Shown piece after piece: positions 1 through 13,019 of a DNA stretch of 64,000 nt. Both the position numbers and the translations under genes were made by a program. The stretch comes from Hypanus sabinus (Eukaryota). The notes beneath the pieces were generated by a model. That model worked only from the letters and a program-made list of their open reading frames with translations, searched no databases and was not told where the DNA came from. The stretch spans positions 150,784,001 to 150,848,000 of the forward strand of contig NC_082709.1 of NCBI RefSeq assembly GCF_030144855.1. Direction: 5' to 3'. The first letter of the stretch is position 1. Every line of letters starts with the position of its first letter.

Positions 1-3000
1 CCACTCCGAGTCTAAGTGCTCAATCTGCGTGTCGGACTTCCAGTGAACAGTAAATTCGTCCAAATCAACTCCAGTTTCTAACCACTCCTCGTCCTAACAA
101 CTATCTGATCCTCAAACTCTGCCACTTTTGTTAAATTTGTCTTTCCACTTCTTTTCCATCTTGAAACCACCCATATCTCCTCCTTTCTGTCCCCATTTGT
201 CTAAAACTTGGCTGTTTCCCACCCTAGCCAGTCTCTATTTCCTCTCACGACCTCAACCCTACTCACTGTCATATGGCCTATTACCCTCATTTCTGCTCAT
301 CCTCATTTGCTCTCATATAAACAAATTTTCACCTTTGAAAATTGCATTTTTGTTTTTAAAGTCCCTCAATTGTTAATCTCTCAATCCATCCTTGTCCTAA
401 AACATTTGATAAGGTCAACCAGCTTCTCTACATTGGCTTCTGGCTCATCTGTGACTTTAATGGTGTCACTGTTGGTGGACACGTTCTTCAGCTGCTTGAG
501 GCAGAAAGACCTGGATTTTTTCCCTAAATCTCTTTTCCTCCTGACCTTAATCTTTTTTCAAATGCACCCGAATGAGTGTATCTTTAACCAAGTTTTGGGT
601 GACCCATCCCCGTATCTCCTCAGTGGCATATTTTGTTTAATCATATTTCTGGGATATTTCAGTACAGTAAAGATGATATATAATGCAACTTCATAAACAC
701 AAGAGATTCTGAAGATGCTGAAAACTCTGCACAAAACAAAAAAAAACATTTGAAGGGACCCAATCCAAAATATCGACTGCTTAGGTTATAATACATAGGA
801 GTAGAATTAGGCCATTCAGCCCATTTATTACTCTCCATTTAAATACTTTCTGTCTTGTTGACTTCCTTCAGCATATAATGCAGCTTGTTATTTATCATAT
901 GATGCTCCTTTGCAAGATGCTCACATAGTATTACATTGCATTGAAATGATAATGCATTTTTTTCCCCAAAAAATCCTCAGCTTAAAAATCTGATTTGGTT
1001 GCATTTTCAAACTTGATATTGCAATTTTTGCGGGGGGGGGGAGTGGTACCTCACCTATTTTCTATATTAAAATATCTCTCCATACCTCCACATTGCCATA
1101 AAGTGCTGAAGAAATTTGGCTTGCATTGGCCATGAGGTTTTAACTCATATTAAATTGCTAGTTATATTGAATTCAGTGTCTGCTATAAAACAGTAAATCT
1201 CCCTAACTTATAATGTTATAGAATAATCCTAAATGGAAACAAAATCAGTGAACGCAAAGCAGGAAATATTTGAGTAGTAGCCAGAAAGTGAAATGGAGAC
1301 CACAAAATGTATAGGTGTTAATTAGCACAAGGAAAGAGATGCTGTTTAAAAAAAAATAATTATTTTCACTTGAAACAAATTCTAAGCAAACCTTACACCA
1401 TATGTATAAAATTAATCTTAGAGCAGATGATGTTCAGAACTGACTCTCATTTAAAAAAAAATTCATTCACTGCTGAACGCCCTAACTTTAAGACATCCTT
1501 AATGCGGAACGAGTGAGCAAGTTCAAGTAGATGGCGTTGCATTCATTTCAAAGCTTTATCTGTTGGTGGGCACTGCAATAGCATAACCAGGGAAGCACCA
1601 GGATAATTTTGGCAGTACCCTCGGATTTCCATACTTCTGTATGCATTGGCAGAAACCAGAAGTTGCTGAGTAATTCACCTTGTAATAACAGGAAGTGTTG
1701 ATAGTCTCATTGCCTTTATTGCAATGTTAATGATAGCTTGATTACAGGAACAAACTTAGCAGATGATGGAATAATTGTTTTTTTTTCTCTCTGTGTATTT
1801 AAATGAGTGCTAATTTGGTTTCTCCCCAAAAAACATTTCTCATAAACTGGTCAATTGAAAAGACTGAATCTGCAGTTCAGTTATAAAATAGTTATTGCAT
1901 ACTTCAGTGCATCAATTATAATTTGCATAGTCTGGTATACCCTCCAATCAGCAATGTAAAACAATTGTATTTTTACAGCACCACGCACTTATATGAAGGC
2001 TGGTGTAAACTTTTAAACTGAAGGGATAATGTAAATAGCCTGGCATTAAAAAACCCAGTAAATCCAAAGAAAAAGGATGAACAATGTATAAAGAGCTTTT
2101 AGAGCAAAAGGAAGGCACAGCTTCAAATGTTAATAATACACATAAGCAAGGTGACATTGTTGGTCAGGATGTGAGTGAGTCGAGAGGATATCGAGAACAA
2201 GTAGCAGAACTCAGTAACCAATTGTTCAGAAAATCAGAATACAGGAAGGGTGGGGACTCAGCTGACCGACTGGCAGGAGGGATTCTTGTGAACTGGGAGA
2301 TTAGCGCAGCAGTAACAGTCTGAGTTTCAAGAATATTTGTTCTGGGGATGTGGGTAATAAGATCGAGAGAATATTACACATTGTGAATTACACTTGTGTG
2401 ATAGAACAGGAAGAAGTGGCAGATTAACTCATTCAAAGAATATTAGTCAGTCTTAATTATAATCTAGCAATCTTTTTGACTGTTCCCAGGTAAGTAAATT
2501 ACCAAATTCTATTTCACAGCTTATTAGTTAATCTCTCAGTTTCTGGGTTACTAGCCTAGCATTATAACTCTTACAATACTACATCTAATCGCAGCTGATC
2601 CCTGAGCACAGTAAGCACCTTGAAGCAACAATTCGTCTGCTTGGTAACATGTGGAGGTGCATTCCATTGCAACCCTAAAGATTCGACAATGTGTAATTGC
2701 TTGTGTCATTTTCTACAACCCGGCGCTAATGTGGTTGCCAAAGTCTGAGTGACAGGAAAGGGGAAAGGAGGACGAGCAGGAAGGCTGAAAATCAGGTCAG
2801 AGACGCCTCTGCCATCAATTAGGAATCAAATGATTCTCTTGAATATTCTAGTCTAGAAAAGCGCAGTCATTGCAGCTCCCACTTGATTCTCCTTCTGTCT
2901 CTTCTCATTAGTGTACCTTAATCAAAAACACTGAAGCACACCACACAACCCACTTTCCACGGCATTTTTCTTCTTGTACCATTAAATAAACCAAACAATG

Positions 3001-3634
3001 AGCAACAGATGTACTTACTATTCACCTCTTTTTCTGCCAGCTGCCTTCCTCGTGTCTCTATCTATTCCTGCGCCCTACACCAAGGGCTGCGCAGTCTCTG
3101 ATCTGGACTGGAGGAGGCAGAAAATGGCCTCAAAGCATAACTTCCATTATGTTTGGGCCTGGAGCAATGCCCTCTGGACTCAAGAGCCTGGCTGACAAAC
3201 ACGGGTAGTACCTGTGGTAGAATTTTAGTGAAGCCATACTGAGAGCAGCAAATCTGCACTCCATGGAACAGATGCTGCTCACTTCCGTTGGTACGTAAGA
3301 ACCTCCTGAGATGTTGCAGGAGAGGTTCTTGGCTGTTGGTTGTGGGCAGAGCCCTGTTCATCACTGGTGCCTGAGGCCATGATAGCAGTGTGAGTAGCGA
3401 CTGCAGTGCTAGCTTTGGTTGGCCTCTACTCTTGGTGTAACAGAAGCTGAAACAATGGCCATTAAGCTATACCTGACTTTTGGTCCATAAAACAAGTTTA
3501 CCTCCTTCCTGCAGGAAAGTATAGCCTCCAAGCTTCCTTCAAAGCCAGCTGCCAGGTTGGAATTGGGTTGCCCGAACTTCATTTAGAGGTTTGGACAACT
3601 CTGCCAACAGATCGACTATTTCTTTGGCCTACAC

Positions 3635-3985
3635 ATCAGAATCAAAATCAGGTTTATTATTGCGAACAAATGTCATGAAATTTGTTGTTTTGTGACAGCA
3701 ATATAGTGCAATACATAAAAATGACGAAGTTACAATAAGAAATATATTTAAAAAGTAACTAAATTGCAAAAAATGAGCAAAATAGTGAGGTAGAGTTCAT
3801 GGGTTAATGGACCATTCAGAAATCAGACAGTGGAGAGGAAGAAGCTGCTCCTAGAATATTGAATGAGTGTCCTCAGGCTCCTGTACATTCTCCCTGATGG
3901 AAGCAATGAGAAGAGGACGTTTCCTGGATGGTGAGGGCCCTCCAAGATGGATGCTGTTGATTTGAGGCATCGCCGTTGGAAGATC
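3635..3985 (-). mobile_element. Rex1/Babar LINE 3' fragment
   Basis: Begins atcagaatcaaaatcaggtttattat (tail) and continues gaagaagctgctc...caggctcctgtac. Same family as the ORF-bearing copy at 54105-54685. Confidence 0.7.
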
Positions 3986-4599
3986 AAGTCAACGTTATAG
4001 GCAGCTTTGTTTCAGTCTTCAGCTGGGACTTCTGCAGCAGAACTAATGTGTCATCTCACCCTCAGTGTTGCAGTGTTTTCCCAGCTGTGTAGAAATTCAT
4101 CCTCGTTTGCAGATGTAGCCTATTTTTCCTTTAAAAGGTCTGGGACAGCTCTACTTGATGCTGATCACTGGAGATTTTCAGGAGCCTGAATTAGTGCTGC
4201 CAGTATTAGAGCATTTAGTACCAGCTGTTTACTCCAGCCTTAGGACAGAGATTCAGACATACACTTCCAGGTGAGCTCTACTCGATAGTCTAATCACACA
4301 GCATACTGGGAATACTGAGTCCATCTTACAGCATGGCCTACGTACTCTCTAGTTATCTCAGCTGTCATCTCCTTGTGTTATAACTATTGAATTTGGTTCA
4401 GAGCAACACTTGGTTGTAGAGCATTTTCGGATAGAGTGTGTTTATTAAACAAAATTCTTCCTGATTTCAAGTCCTTTCTTTGTGGACAGTCTGGTAACAT
4501 GCTTCAGAAAATGTCTTTGGCTTATTCATAAGGTGACAATTGATTTGAGACTAAAACGTATGCAGAATAATTAGAAGCCCAAAGGCTGAGTTTCTATTG

Positions 4600-6150
4600 C
4601 CAGTCCTCAGCATCTTTAGTGGAGGTGAAGGATGTGGGCAGGGTCCTGAATGAATACTAATGCTTGTGTTCAACAAGGCAAGGGAAGCAAGGATAAGCTT
4701 GTAACTATAGGCTGGTGAGCCTTACATCAGTAGTAAGAGAATTGCTAGAGAAAATTATAAGGCAGGGGATCTCATGTTCATTTGGAAAAGCAGAGGCTGA
4801 TTAGGGAGAGTTAGCGTGGATAATTTGAGCTTTGAGGAGGTAACAAACTGGTATAAGGTGTTGTCCTGCACTGTGGTCAGGCAGGGCAGCAGTTGTTTGC
4901 ATGGACTTTAGTAAGGCATTTGATGAGGTCCCACATGGTAGACTGATCCTGAAGTTCAGGGTACATGTGATCCAATGCAAGGATCTGAAACTAACTTGCC
5001 GACAGGAGGCAGCGAAGTGAATGGATGTTTTTCTGATTGGAAGTCTGTGACTAGTAGTGTACACCAGGGAACAGTGTTGGGGCCTCGGGTATTTCTGGTA
5101 TATGTGAACACATTGGTTGTAAGTGTAGGAGGCATGATTAGTAATTTTGCAGATGACACACAAATTGGTGGTATAGATAGAGAGTAAGATAGTCCAAGCA
5201 TACAGCTGAATACAGGTCAGTTAACAGATGGAATTTAATCCCAACAAGTGCAAGGTGATCCATTTTGAGAAGCCAAATAGGGGTAGGACATGGTAGGGAA
5301 CAGAGAGACCCTGGGGTCCAAATTCATATTTCTCTGAAAGAGGCAATATGGGTGAATCGATGAAGTTGTAGAGCATGGTTATGGGGTACAGAGTATAAGA
5401 GTTAGGATGTTATGTTGCAAATTTACAAAATGTTGGGTGGCCCACACTTAAAAAGAACCATCTGTATTTCTGGTAGATACGCTGTAGGAAGGACCTGCTT
5501 GTGCTGGGGAGCGAAGGAGGCTGAGTGATAACATGTTAGAGATTATGAAAGAGATTGATAGGGTAGATGGTCAAATCTTCTTTCTCCCCATGGCTTTGGT
5601 ATCAAAATCATACATTTAAGATGAGAGGTAAGCTTGGAAGCGTAGTGCAGTTGCTTTAGAGCACCGATGATCACTGATCAGGATTTAATTCACTCTGCTG
5701 TCTGAAACGAGTTTGTATGTTCTTCCCGTGACCGTGTAGGCTTCCTCTGGGTGCTCCGGTTTCCTCCCACATTCCAAAGATATAGTTAGGGTTAGTCAGT
5801 TGTGGGCATGCTAGGCTGGCTTTGGAAGCACAGCAGTACCTGCAGTCTGCCCCAGTACAATCCTCAGACCGTTGGTTGTTAATGCAAATCAATGTTTTGA
5901 TGTACATGTGACAAATAATCTTTAATATCTTTAGGATCTTTGCAGAGGAACTGAGGAGTAAGATTTTTAAACAATGATGTCTGGAATGCACTACAAGAGG
6001 AGGTGGTTAAATCAGATATAATTACTATGTTTAGGAGGCTTTTAGACAAATACTTCAATAGGTGAGGCATAGAAGGGATTAATGTAGAGTCAGCATGGAG
6101 GTGTTTGCTAAAAAGCCTGTTTCTGTGCAGTATAGATCTTTGACCACATT
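4600..6150 (+). mobile_element. Degraded CR1 LINE (RT to 3' UTR), interrupted by a SINE
   Basis: RT remnants MDFSKAFD, SVHQGTVLGP, ISNFADDTQIGG, MEFNPNKC; CR1-type 3' end near 6100-6135. Confidence 0.85.
5640..5930 (+). mobile_element. V-SINE (HE1-like tRNA-derived SINE)
   Basis: V-domain-like core gtttgtatgttcttcccgtgaccgtgtaggcttcctctgggtgctccggtttcctcccacattccaaaga. Confidence 0.8.
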
Positions 6151-7169
6151 GCAATTACTGGCAGTGACTGTTCAGATTCTGGTACCTGGGTTGCTAACAG
6201 GCTGAGCTCCAGTTACCTTGCCAGGCTGGAATGCTGGTGGTCTTGTCTATAGAAAGTGGTACGCAGGAATACAGAGAAGTACTCCCTCCCAGTGGCTTAA
6301 GTTATTAAAGCTAATTTTAGGTACTTTTGCAAATTACCTGGAAGGATCATATGAACGTTTTGTAAATCAAGTCTGGTTCCTCATTGGATTAACATTTCAA
6401 GTGGGGTTAAAACCAAAAGTGGTGTCAGACTTACTCCTTCAACTTCCTATGCCATTTAGTTTGTTGTTATTAAGGACCTGGATTTGGTTTGAAAATATTA
6501 CATTGGTAGATTTTCAGAGTAAGGGCAGCAGATCACCTGAGATCCCAAGTTTCTCAATAAAGTTATGAAATAAATGCCTATATCGCAGGGTGGCTTCATA
6601 CTGCAGCCAGTGTAAAGCCGAGCAGTATGAGATTAGTTCCTTGGAAAGGTGGTGCAAGTTTACATAATTAGATGCGATGCCAGGTTAATGGCAATTTTAG
6701 GACCATGTGTGTTTATGTATTAAATCTATTTCACTGCACTTTTGGATACATCAACTCTACCTCATGTCCTTGTTGATATCATTACATGTTTGAATAAATA
6801 TGCTGATCATAATAGCAAAAAACAGACACAGTTCCACTGTTGAGCTTAGTTTTAAAGTTCATTGTGAAAATGAAAGAAGTTAATCTTGTGAAATTATGAT
6901 CCTTGTTTTTATAAACAAGGGACACAATGATTAAACTCTATGAGGAATGTACTGCAGAAGATGGCTGCCCGAAACAAAAACAGAAAATGCTGGGAATACT
7001 TATGAGATCAGGTAGGGGAAAGTTAACATTCCAGGTTTATGACCTTTCATCAGAGTTCAGCATCATTTTCAAGTTCATATCTCAAACCCAGTGTGATGGA
7101 AAAGTCTTCCACTGACTTCACTTTCATGTCTATTTATTTGCTCAAACTGGATTCTGCCTGAAAGCATGC

Positions 7170-7445
7170 ACCTCCAGTCTCAAGGTCAGCTTCAATACTG
7201 CTGTTATAAGATTATTGAAGGATTCCCTAGTGTGACAAGATGAACTCTTGACCTCACAATCTACTTCGATGTGACTTCGCGGTTTACCGTCTGCCTGCAC
7301 CTTCTCTGTTCAGTAATACATTGTTCCACACTCTGCTATTGTTTTACCTTATGCTACCTTAATGAACCATTGTGATGAATGCATCATGGTTTACTAGACA
7401 AGCTTTTGTACTGTGCCTCAGTCCATGTGACAATAACCAACCAAT
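7170..7445 (+). mobile_element. Rex1/L2-type LINE 3' end
   Basis: Degenerate RLKxSF..AVIRLL coding end followed by a 3' UTR ending gtgacaataa. Confidence 0.5.
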
Positions 7446-7539
7446 TTAAAATTTACCAGTTTATAATCCACCTGTCTACCTCTTCCTTGCCTCTTAACCA
7501 CCCTCTTTATTCATTATTAAATCTCATTCCTTCTCATCT

Positions 7540-8220
7540 AACGTCCTCTAAGTATTCTGCCCACTGCTCATTAAGGACCAGTACCACCAGCGTCATCAAA
7601 CCTGTTGACAAGGGTGGATGCCTTTGGTGTTGTCTACTTTTCAGGGAACATGTCAACATTCTGATACCTCATATCTCTGTCCCATCACATCAGATTATTA
7701 TTGCTCAGAAAGTCATGTCCTCCAGATATTTCTCCCTGCGCTATCCAGCCTCTGTCCCCCAAACGCACACAGCCTATTTCTATCTACTTCTTCAGATTTA
7801 TATGCAGTATTGCCACATATGCTCTCACTTCTACTTAGTCCAGGATGTTAATTTTATCCTACCTTGACTATATCTTCTCCTCTCAGTCCACATCCAACCA
7901 CAGTTATGGAGTAACTGCACAAATGGAGATATGTACAGTTTCCTTCACCACATCCTCTTTCATCTCCTGCCTGATCTCATTCTTGCACTGAATAATTTCT
8001 CTCCTAACTCAGACTCCTATGAGTGGAAGCTGTGCTCTCAGCTTGTGAGCCATGTGGAACATACGATGCTTTGCATTGGACTCCTCTCTCATCTCTTTTT
8101 CCTGCCAGGAGGCGGATCTCTGATGAAAGATCACCAACCTGAAATGTGAATGAATTGTTTCTTTTTGGTGGATGCTGCCTGACCTGTTGAGCGCTTCCAA
8201 TATTTGAGTTTGATTTCACG
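7540..8220 (+). mobile_element. Old Penelope-like element remnant
   Basis: VIKPVDKGG (RT N-terminal IKPADKG motif) near 7590; PLE-type 3' end ctgatgaaag...gaaatg...gatgctgcctgacctgttgagc at 8118-8200. Confidence 0.5.
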
Positions 8221-11200
8221 ATGATTGAACTTTGAAATTGAATTTCCAGCTCCATGTTGTAATTTTGAATTTTCTGATGGGCTAAATAAAATTCCCATCT
8301 TTTTAAAATTACTAGTATATTGAAAATACTATGAAGTTCATGTTGGACTGAAACTAGTTTCTAATATAGTTACAAAATATAGAGCCAGATGTCCCAGGGG
8401 ATTACAAGTGTATGAGAAGATTGTACAAACTGTCCTAAAAGAAAATTGAGCAGCAGTTTTTAATGATTCCTATGAATTTGAAAATGTCCTGCCCATAGTG
8501 CAGTCATGACAGATTGTGATAAAAGTTGTTTCTAATCTGTTGTTCCGAAATGGATTTTAATGTGCTGAAAGCTATTTGAAATAATCAGTACCGACTGTAC
8601 CGGAATGTTTTTCTAGCCATAGACAGACATCTGAAGGAATGACTTAACTGCTTCATAACTTTAAATGTTGAGTAATTGATATGTACAGTATGTTTCTGCT
8701 GTACAAGCTAGTATTAATCTGGTAGCAATCAGGTGTTCCTTACACCTGATGGTATCCCACGTTTCAAGTGACCACATTCACATTTGTTTAAAATAATATT
8801 TTCTTTGACACTACAGGAATTAAAATGAAAACTTGAATTTCTTTCTCTGTCATCATTAAAATCTATGCTCTATTGGCTGATCACCTGGTTGGAACATAAG
8901 AGATCAATATTAGTCCCTGGTTTGGGTGAGAGAGCAGGATGTCACTACATTTCTGTTCTTACAAAGTCGTAGGCCCACACTCAGACATTTACGAGTTATT
9001 CAGGGGACTATATGGACATAACTACGCCATCCAGGAAAAAGAGGATGTAGCAAGTTGATATTCAATAAACTTTGGAGAAATAGTACCAGTGTAAAATATG
9101 TCATGCCTAAAGCAGATAAATAAAGATTTTCAGGTTTTGGATAATTTGCAATATCTACCATATTAATTTGAAACATTTTGAAAATATTTCAGTTTTTAAT
9201 TTCCTTTTTAGAAGAGAAAATTTTTGACAATACATAAATCAAAGTTTAATACTTTTAACTTGTTTTCCATTCAGAATCCAACTTTTTTTTAGGATTCTGG
9301 TCCCAGTTGTTACTGTGTATATTTTCAATAAGCACTGACGCCAGAACTGTTGTCAGTACTAATTTATTTGCATTTTTTCCATCATTGGATAAACGTTTGT
9401 TGTTTACAGTTTTCACTATGATATCAAATAGTACTGGGTACTTGACTAAACTAGGAAACATGATGCATGAAAAGAGGAAATCCTTAATGTAATATTATGA
9501 ATAAGCTAACATTTCCAAAGTAAAATGCAATTACTGTTGAATAAGTTACCAGGCCCGCTTTGACATTTAAACCCATTCTGTAACACCGATTAAACTGATC
9601 AGATTTTTTAGCCTTCTCTCCGTGGTCTGCGAGGTTTTCCTCCTTTCAAGTTAATAATTGTAGTCTCTTAAGGATGCTTAAACCCGTTGTTAAGAATGAC
9701 TTGACCAAATTTTCCAGTGGTTGTTCTTTTGTGACTATCTTTCCATTTGAATAGTTGTGCTGTGTCCATCTCTTAAACGTAGAATTTATTTTCCATTCAG
9801 ATCTTGAAAGATAGATTCTGAGAACTAGTTCTCATTGTCATTAATGAATTCTGTCAGCTTTTGAGGGTTTATTCGATGGACAGCTACCATCCATTTAGAT
9901 GGAAGAAGTTAACTGGGTCTCTAGAAATGTACTTGCACCAAATGGAATTAATTTATATTGTTGCAATTCACTGACAACCTGATAAGCAGCCCATGATGGA
10001 AAGCCCACAATAAATACTTAATTGAATTATAATTCATCAATTATGTTTTGATGTTAATGCCTTTGGCAATATGAGTTGATTGTGAGGTAGGATATATTGT
10101 TAGTTCGTTCTTCATCCTGCCATTCTCCAACAAGAAAGGAATAAGGTATTCTCAGTCCCTTCTCCTTTGGAGTGACTGTAACTTTATTTTACTTGAAATG
10201 GCTTGGCAGATTTGTGATGAACCAGAAATTACTGCCCAGTCAGTCTCCTCTCATCAGCTGCAAGCTATAGAAGGAACGTTTGACAGTAAAATCATGCCAC
10301 ACGTATTCACTGATGTGCAGTTAGTATGTGGATAAGTACAGCATAGGAGCAGGCCCTTCAGCCCACAATGTCTGTGCCAAACATGCTAATTTTAACTAAA
10401 GCAGTCTGCCTGCACATGGTCTAAATCCCTCCATTCTCTGCCTCTTCATGCTGTTGTTGTTATATCTACTTCCACACTGTTCTGGGCAAATGAGGAGAGC
10501 ATTCATAGCATTCAAGAGGACATGGGCAGCTGAAATGTGTGTATGGAAATACAGAGTGCTGCGTTTTGAGAGGAAGAATGATGAAGGATAAAATAAAATA
10601 CTTGAAGGAAAGAAGATTGCCGGGCAATGTGGGAGGGGAGTAGAGGCTTGGGAGGCAAGGTGTGATTTCCTGACAAGAAATCAAATTCAAAGTTAGTAAA
10701 CCAAATTTGACAGCAGAAATGCATTACTTTTCTAACTGACATTAAATTAGTTAGAAAAGCAAAGTGTTTCTGCTTTAAAATTTGAAGACATCAAATATAT
10801 TAAAACATGAAGTGTTCATTAGCCTAGGTCAGGATCAAATCGACCATGCTTATCTCAAAGAAGGATTTAGTGGTTTCCTTAGTGCAGGCTTCACATTTTC
10901 TGATGTTAATCAGTATCAGACAGAAACTTAATGGATCGCTGGACTCTGGTGGTCATGATGTTGTCAAGCTATCAATCATATTGAAAGCTTTCTATGACAG
11001 CAAATCAGGATGGAGATAGTCAAACCTGAGCTGATGTTTTAAGTTCTTGACAAAGGCTAAAACAAAATGGTTGAAACAGGGTTAAACATGATATTTATAT
11101 TTAATGATTATTTTAAATACTGTATTCCAATAATGAAATTACAATTCAGGTACAAAAATATTTTAGGTAGATTTTTGCTAAGTATTAATATAGGATTCAA

Positions 11201-11619
11201 TAACATATTAACCCAACTCTCAACTTGGGGAACAAAGCTAATATTTGCGGTTTGTTTTAAAACACAGCAGGACCAGTTTTCAAAGAGGTGAAATATTTGT
11301 CAGTTCACTGGGTTCATTTCATTATGACATGGAAAACAATCAAAGAATAAAATCTTTGGAGGATCATTTCCCGATGACACCTTCACGATTTCTGAGATTA
11401 AACAATGTATGCATGGAGATCTGATTGTTGTTGTCAGTTCTACTACAATATAAGCAAAACCTTAAATAATGCATTTAAAAATTATAACAAATTATTTGGT
11501 TGACTCAGAGAACTAAACACTAAAAAAGTTATGCAAGAGTTCCCCAGATATGTAGTAGTTGATTTGACATTAAACAGGAAATGACATTGCAGTCGAGTAA
11601 AGATCCAGCTCATTGTTTT

Positions 11620-11768
11620 AGTTACAGCTTCTTCCCCTCTGCCATCAGATTTCTGAGTGGACAATGAACCCATGTATACTACCTCACTATTTTTCCCTTT
11701 TCTCCCCTCTGCCGCATCACAACAAATTTCACGACATTTGCCAGTGATATTAAACCTGATTCTGATGA
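11620..11768 (+). mobile_element. Rex1/Babar LINE 3' fragment
   Basis: acagcttcttcccctctgccatcagatttctga (SFFPSAIRFL) ... taaacctgattctgat tail. Confidence 0.7.
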
Positions 11769-13019
11769 TCAATAGTTTAAGGAGTTTGGGAATTGAAACC
11801 TTGCTATGTGACTGACTTTCCTGAATATGTGTTTCACTGACTTAATTACATCAACATACCTGGGGGAGAAAAAACAGGCTTGTGTCGTAGAATTGAACTG
11901 AATCTTCCAACCCACATTGTTTCAGGCTTGTACTGGGTTCCTCCCTAGAGCCCTGCTCATTTGTACCAATCCCAGCACGACAGTTGATGCACAGACAGAA
12001 ATAACATACCACATGCAGAAAGCAAACACAAATTGAGAATGCCTGGGTTGGAATGAATGACATTAAAACACATTTAATAAAAAAAACTCTAGCTCTTCTC
12101 AAATCCAAAATATTTGAGGATGGAAGCGGAAAGAGAATTCCCTAATATACAGGATGCATGTGGAAGCGATTAAACTGCCAAAATTGCCAAAATCTTTTGT
12201 TGTTCTTCTACAACATATGAAACGATTTACACCAAGTAGGGAAAAAAAAGTAGACTTCATGCAGAAAGAGGTAAAAAAAACTAACGAAAAGAAGCAAAGT
12301 TGTGACAAAAGTGAGGATGGGATTTTGAGGCACTGCTTGTCTGAGTTGATTATGCTGCTTCAGTTTCGAGCTGGAATTTCTACACACTGCACTTCTGGAT
12401 TGCAAATTGAAGTTGGGTTTAAGTTTTAGAGTTGGAAGATGAACACACTACTCAAACATGCAGCAGATTAGCAGGTTAGTGGTTCTGCATGTTCATTTGT
12501 GCCCATCCAGAGTCTCAACTGCATTGAACTAACAAACCACAGATACCAAATAAGTCTTCTCAGGAATCCCATCAGTTTGGAGGTTGTCAATTTGTGCTGA
12601 TTGTGATGCCAGTTGATCCTTGATGGTAAGGCTGGGGTATAAATGCATTCAAAATTATATTTAGTTGTAGTGCTAAAGCAAGGAGGAAGAACTCCCATTT
12701 TCCGTTCCTCCACACCTTTGTTTCTGATTAGGAGTCTGATTATTTCATGGGAGATACACAGAAAAGGCATTACACCGATAGTGTTGCTAAACATGGGTTT
12801 AACACTGACTTGAAGAGTCATTAATGTGGAGCCTTTGCAATTCTGACAAAAGGAATAAGCAAATAGAAACAGTATGGCTCATTAAATTAATGACTTCGGT
12901 TCTGAGCTCACTGGCAGCTTAACTAGTACTGGAGAACTGTCATCTAAAATCAATGCTGTCTATCAGTTTAATTTTATGGTTATTCCTTTCAATAGGGACT
13001 AGTTAATATCCTGCCATTC

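Noticed and set aside
128-696. 162-aa and 82-aa ORFs at the window start
   Set aside because: No recognisable motifs or splice support; pyrimidine-rich, probably an old repeat remnant.
12099-12429. Overlapping short ORFs including a Lys-rich 91-aa frame
   Set aside because: A-rich composition, no similarity to T-box exons, no convincing splice sites.
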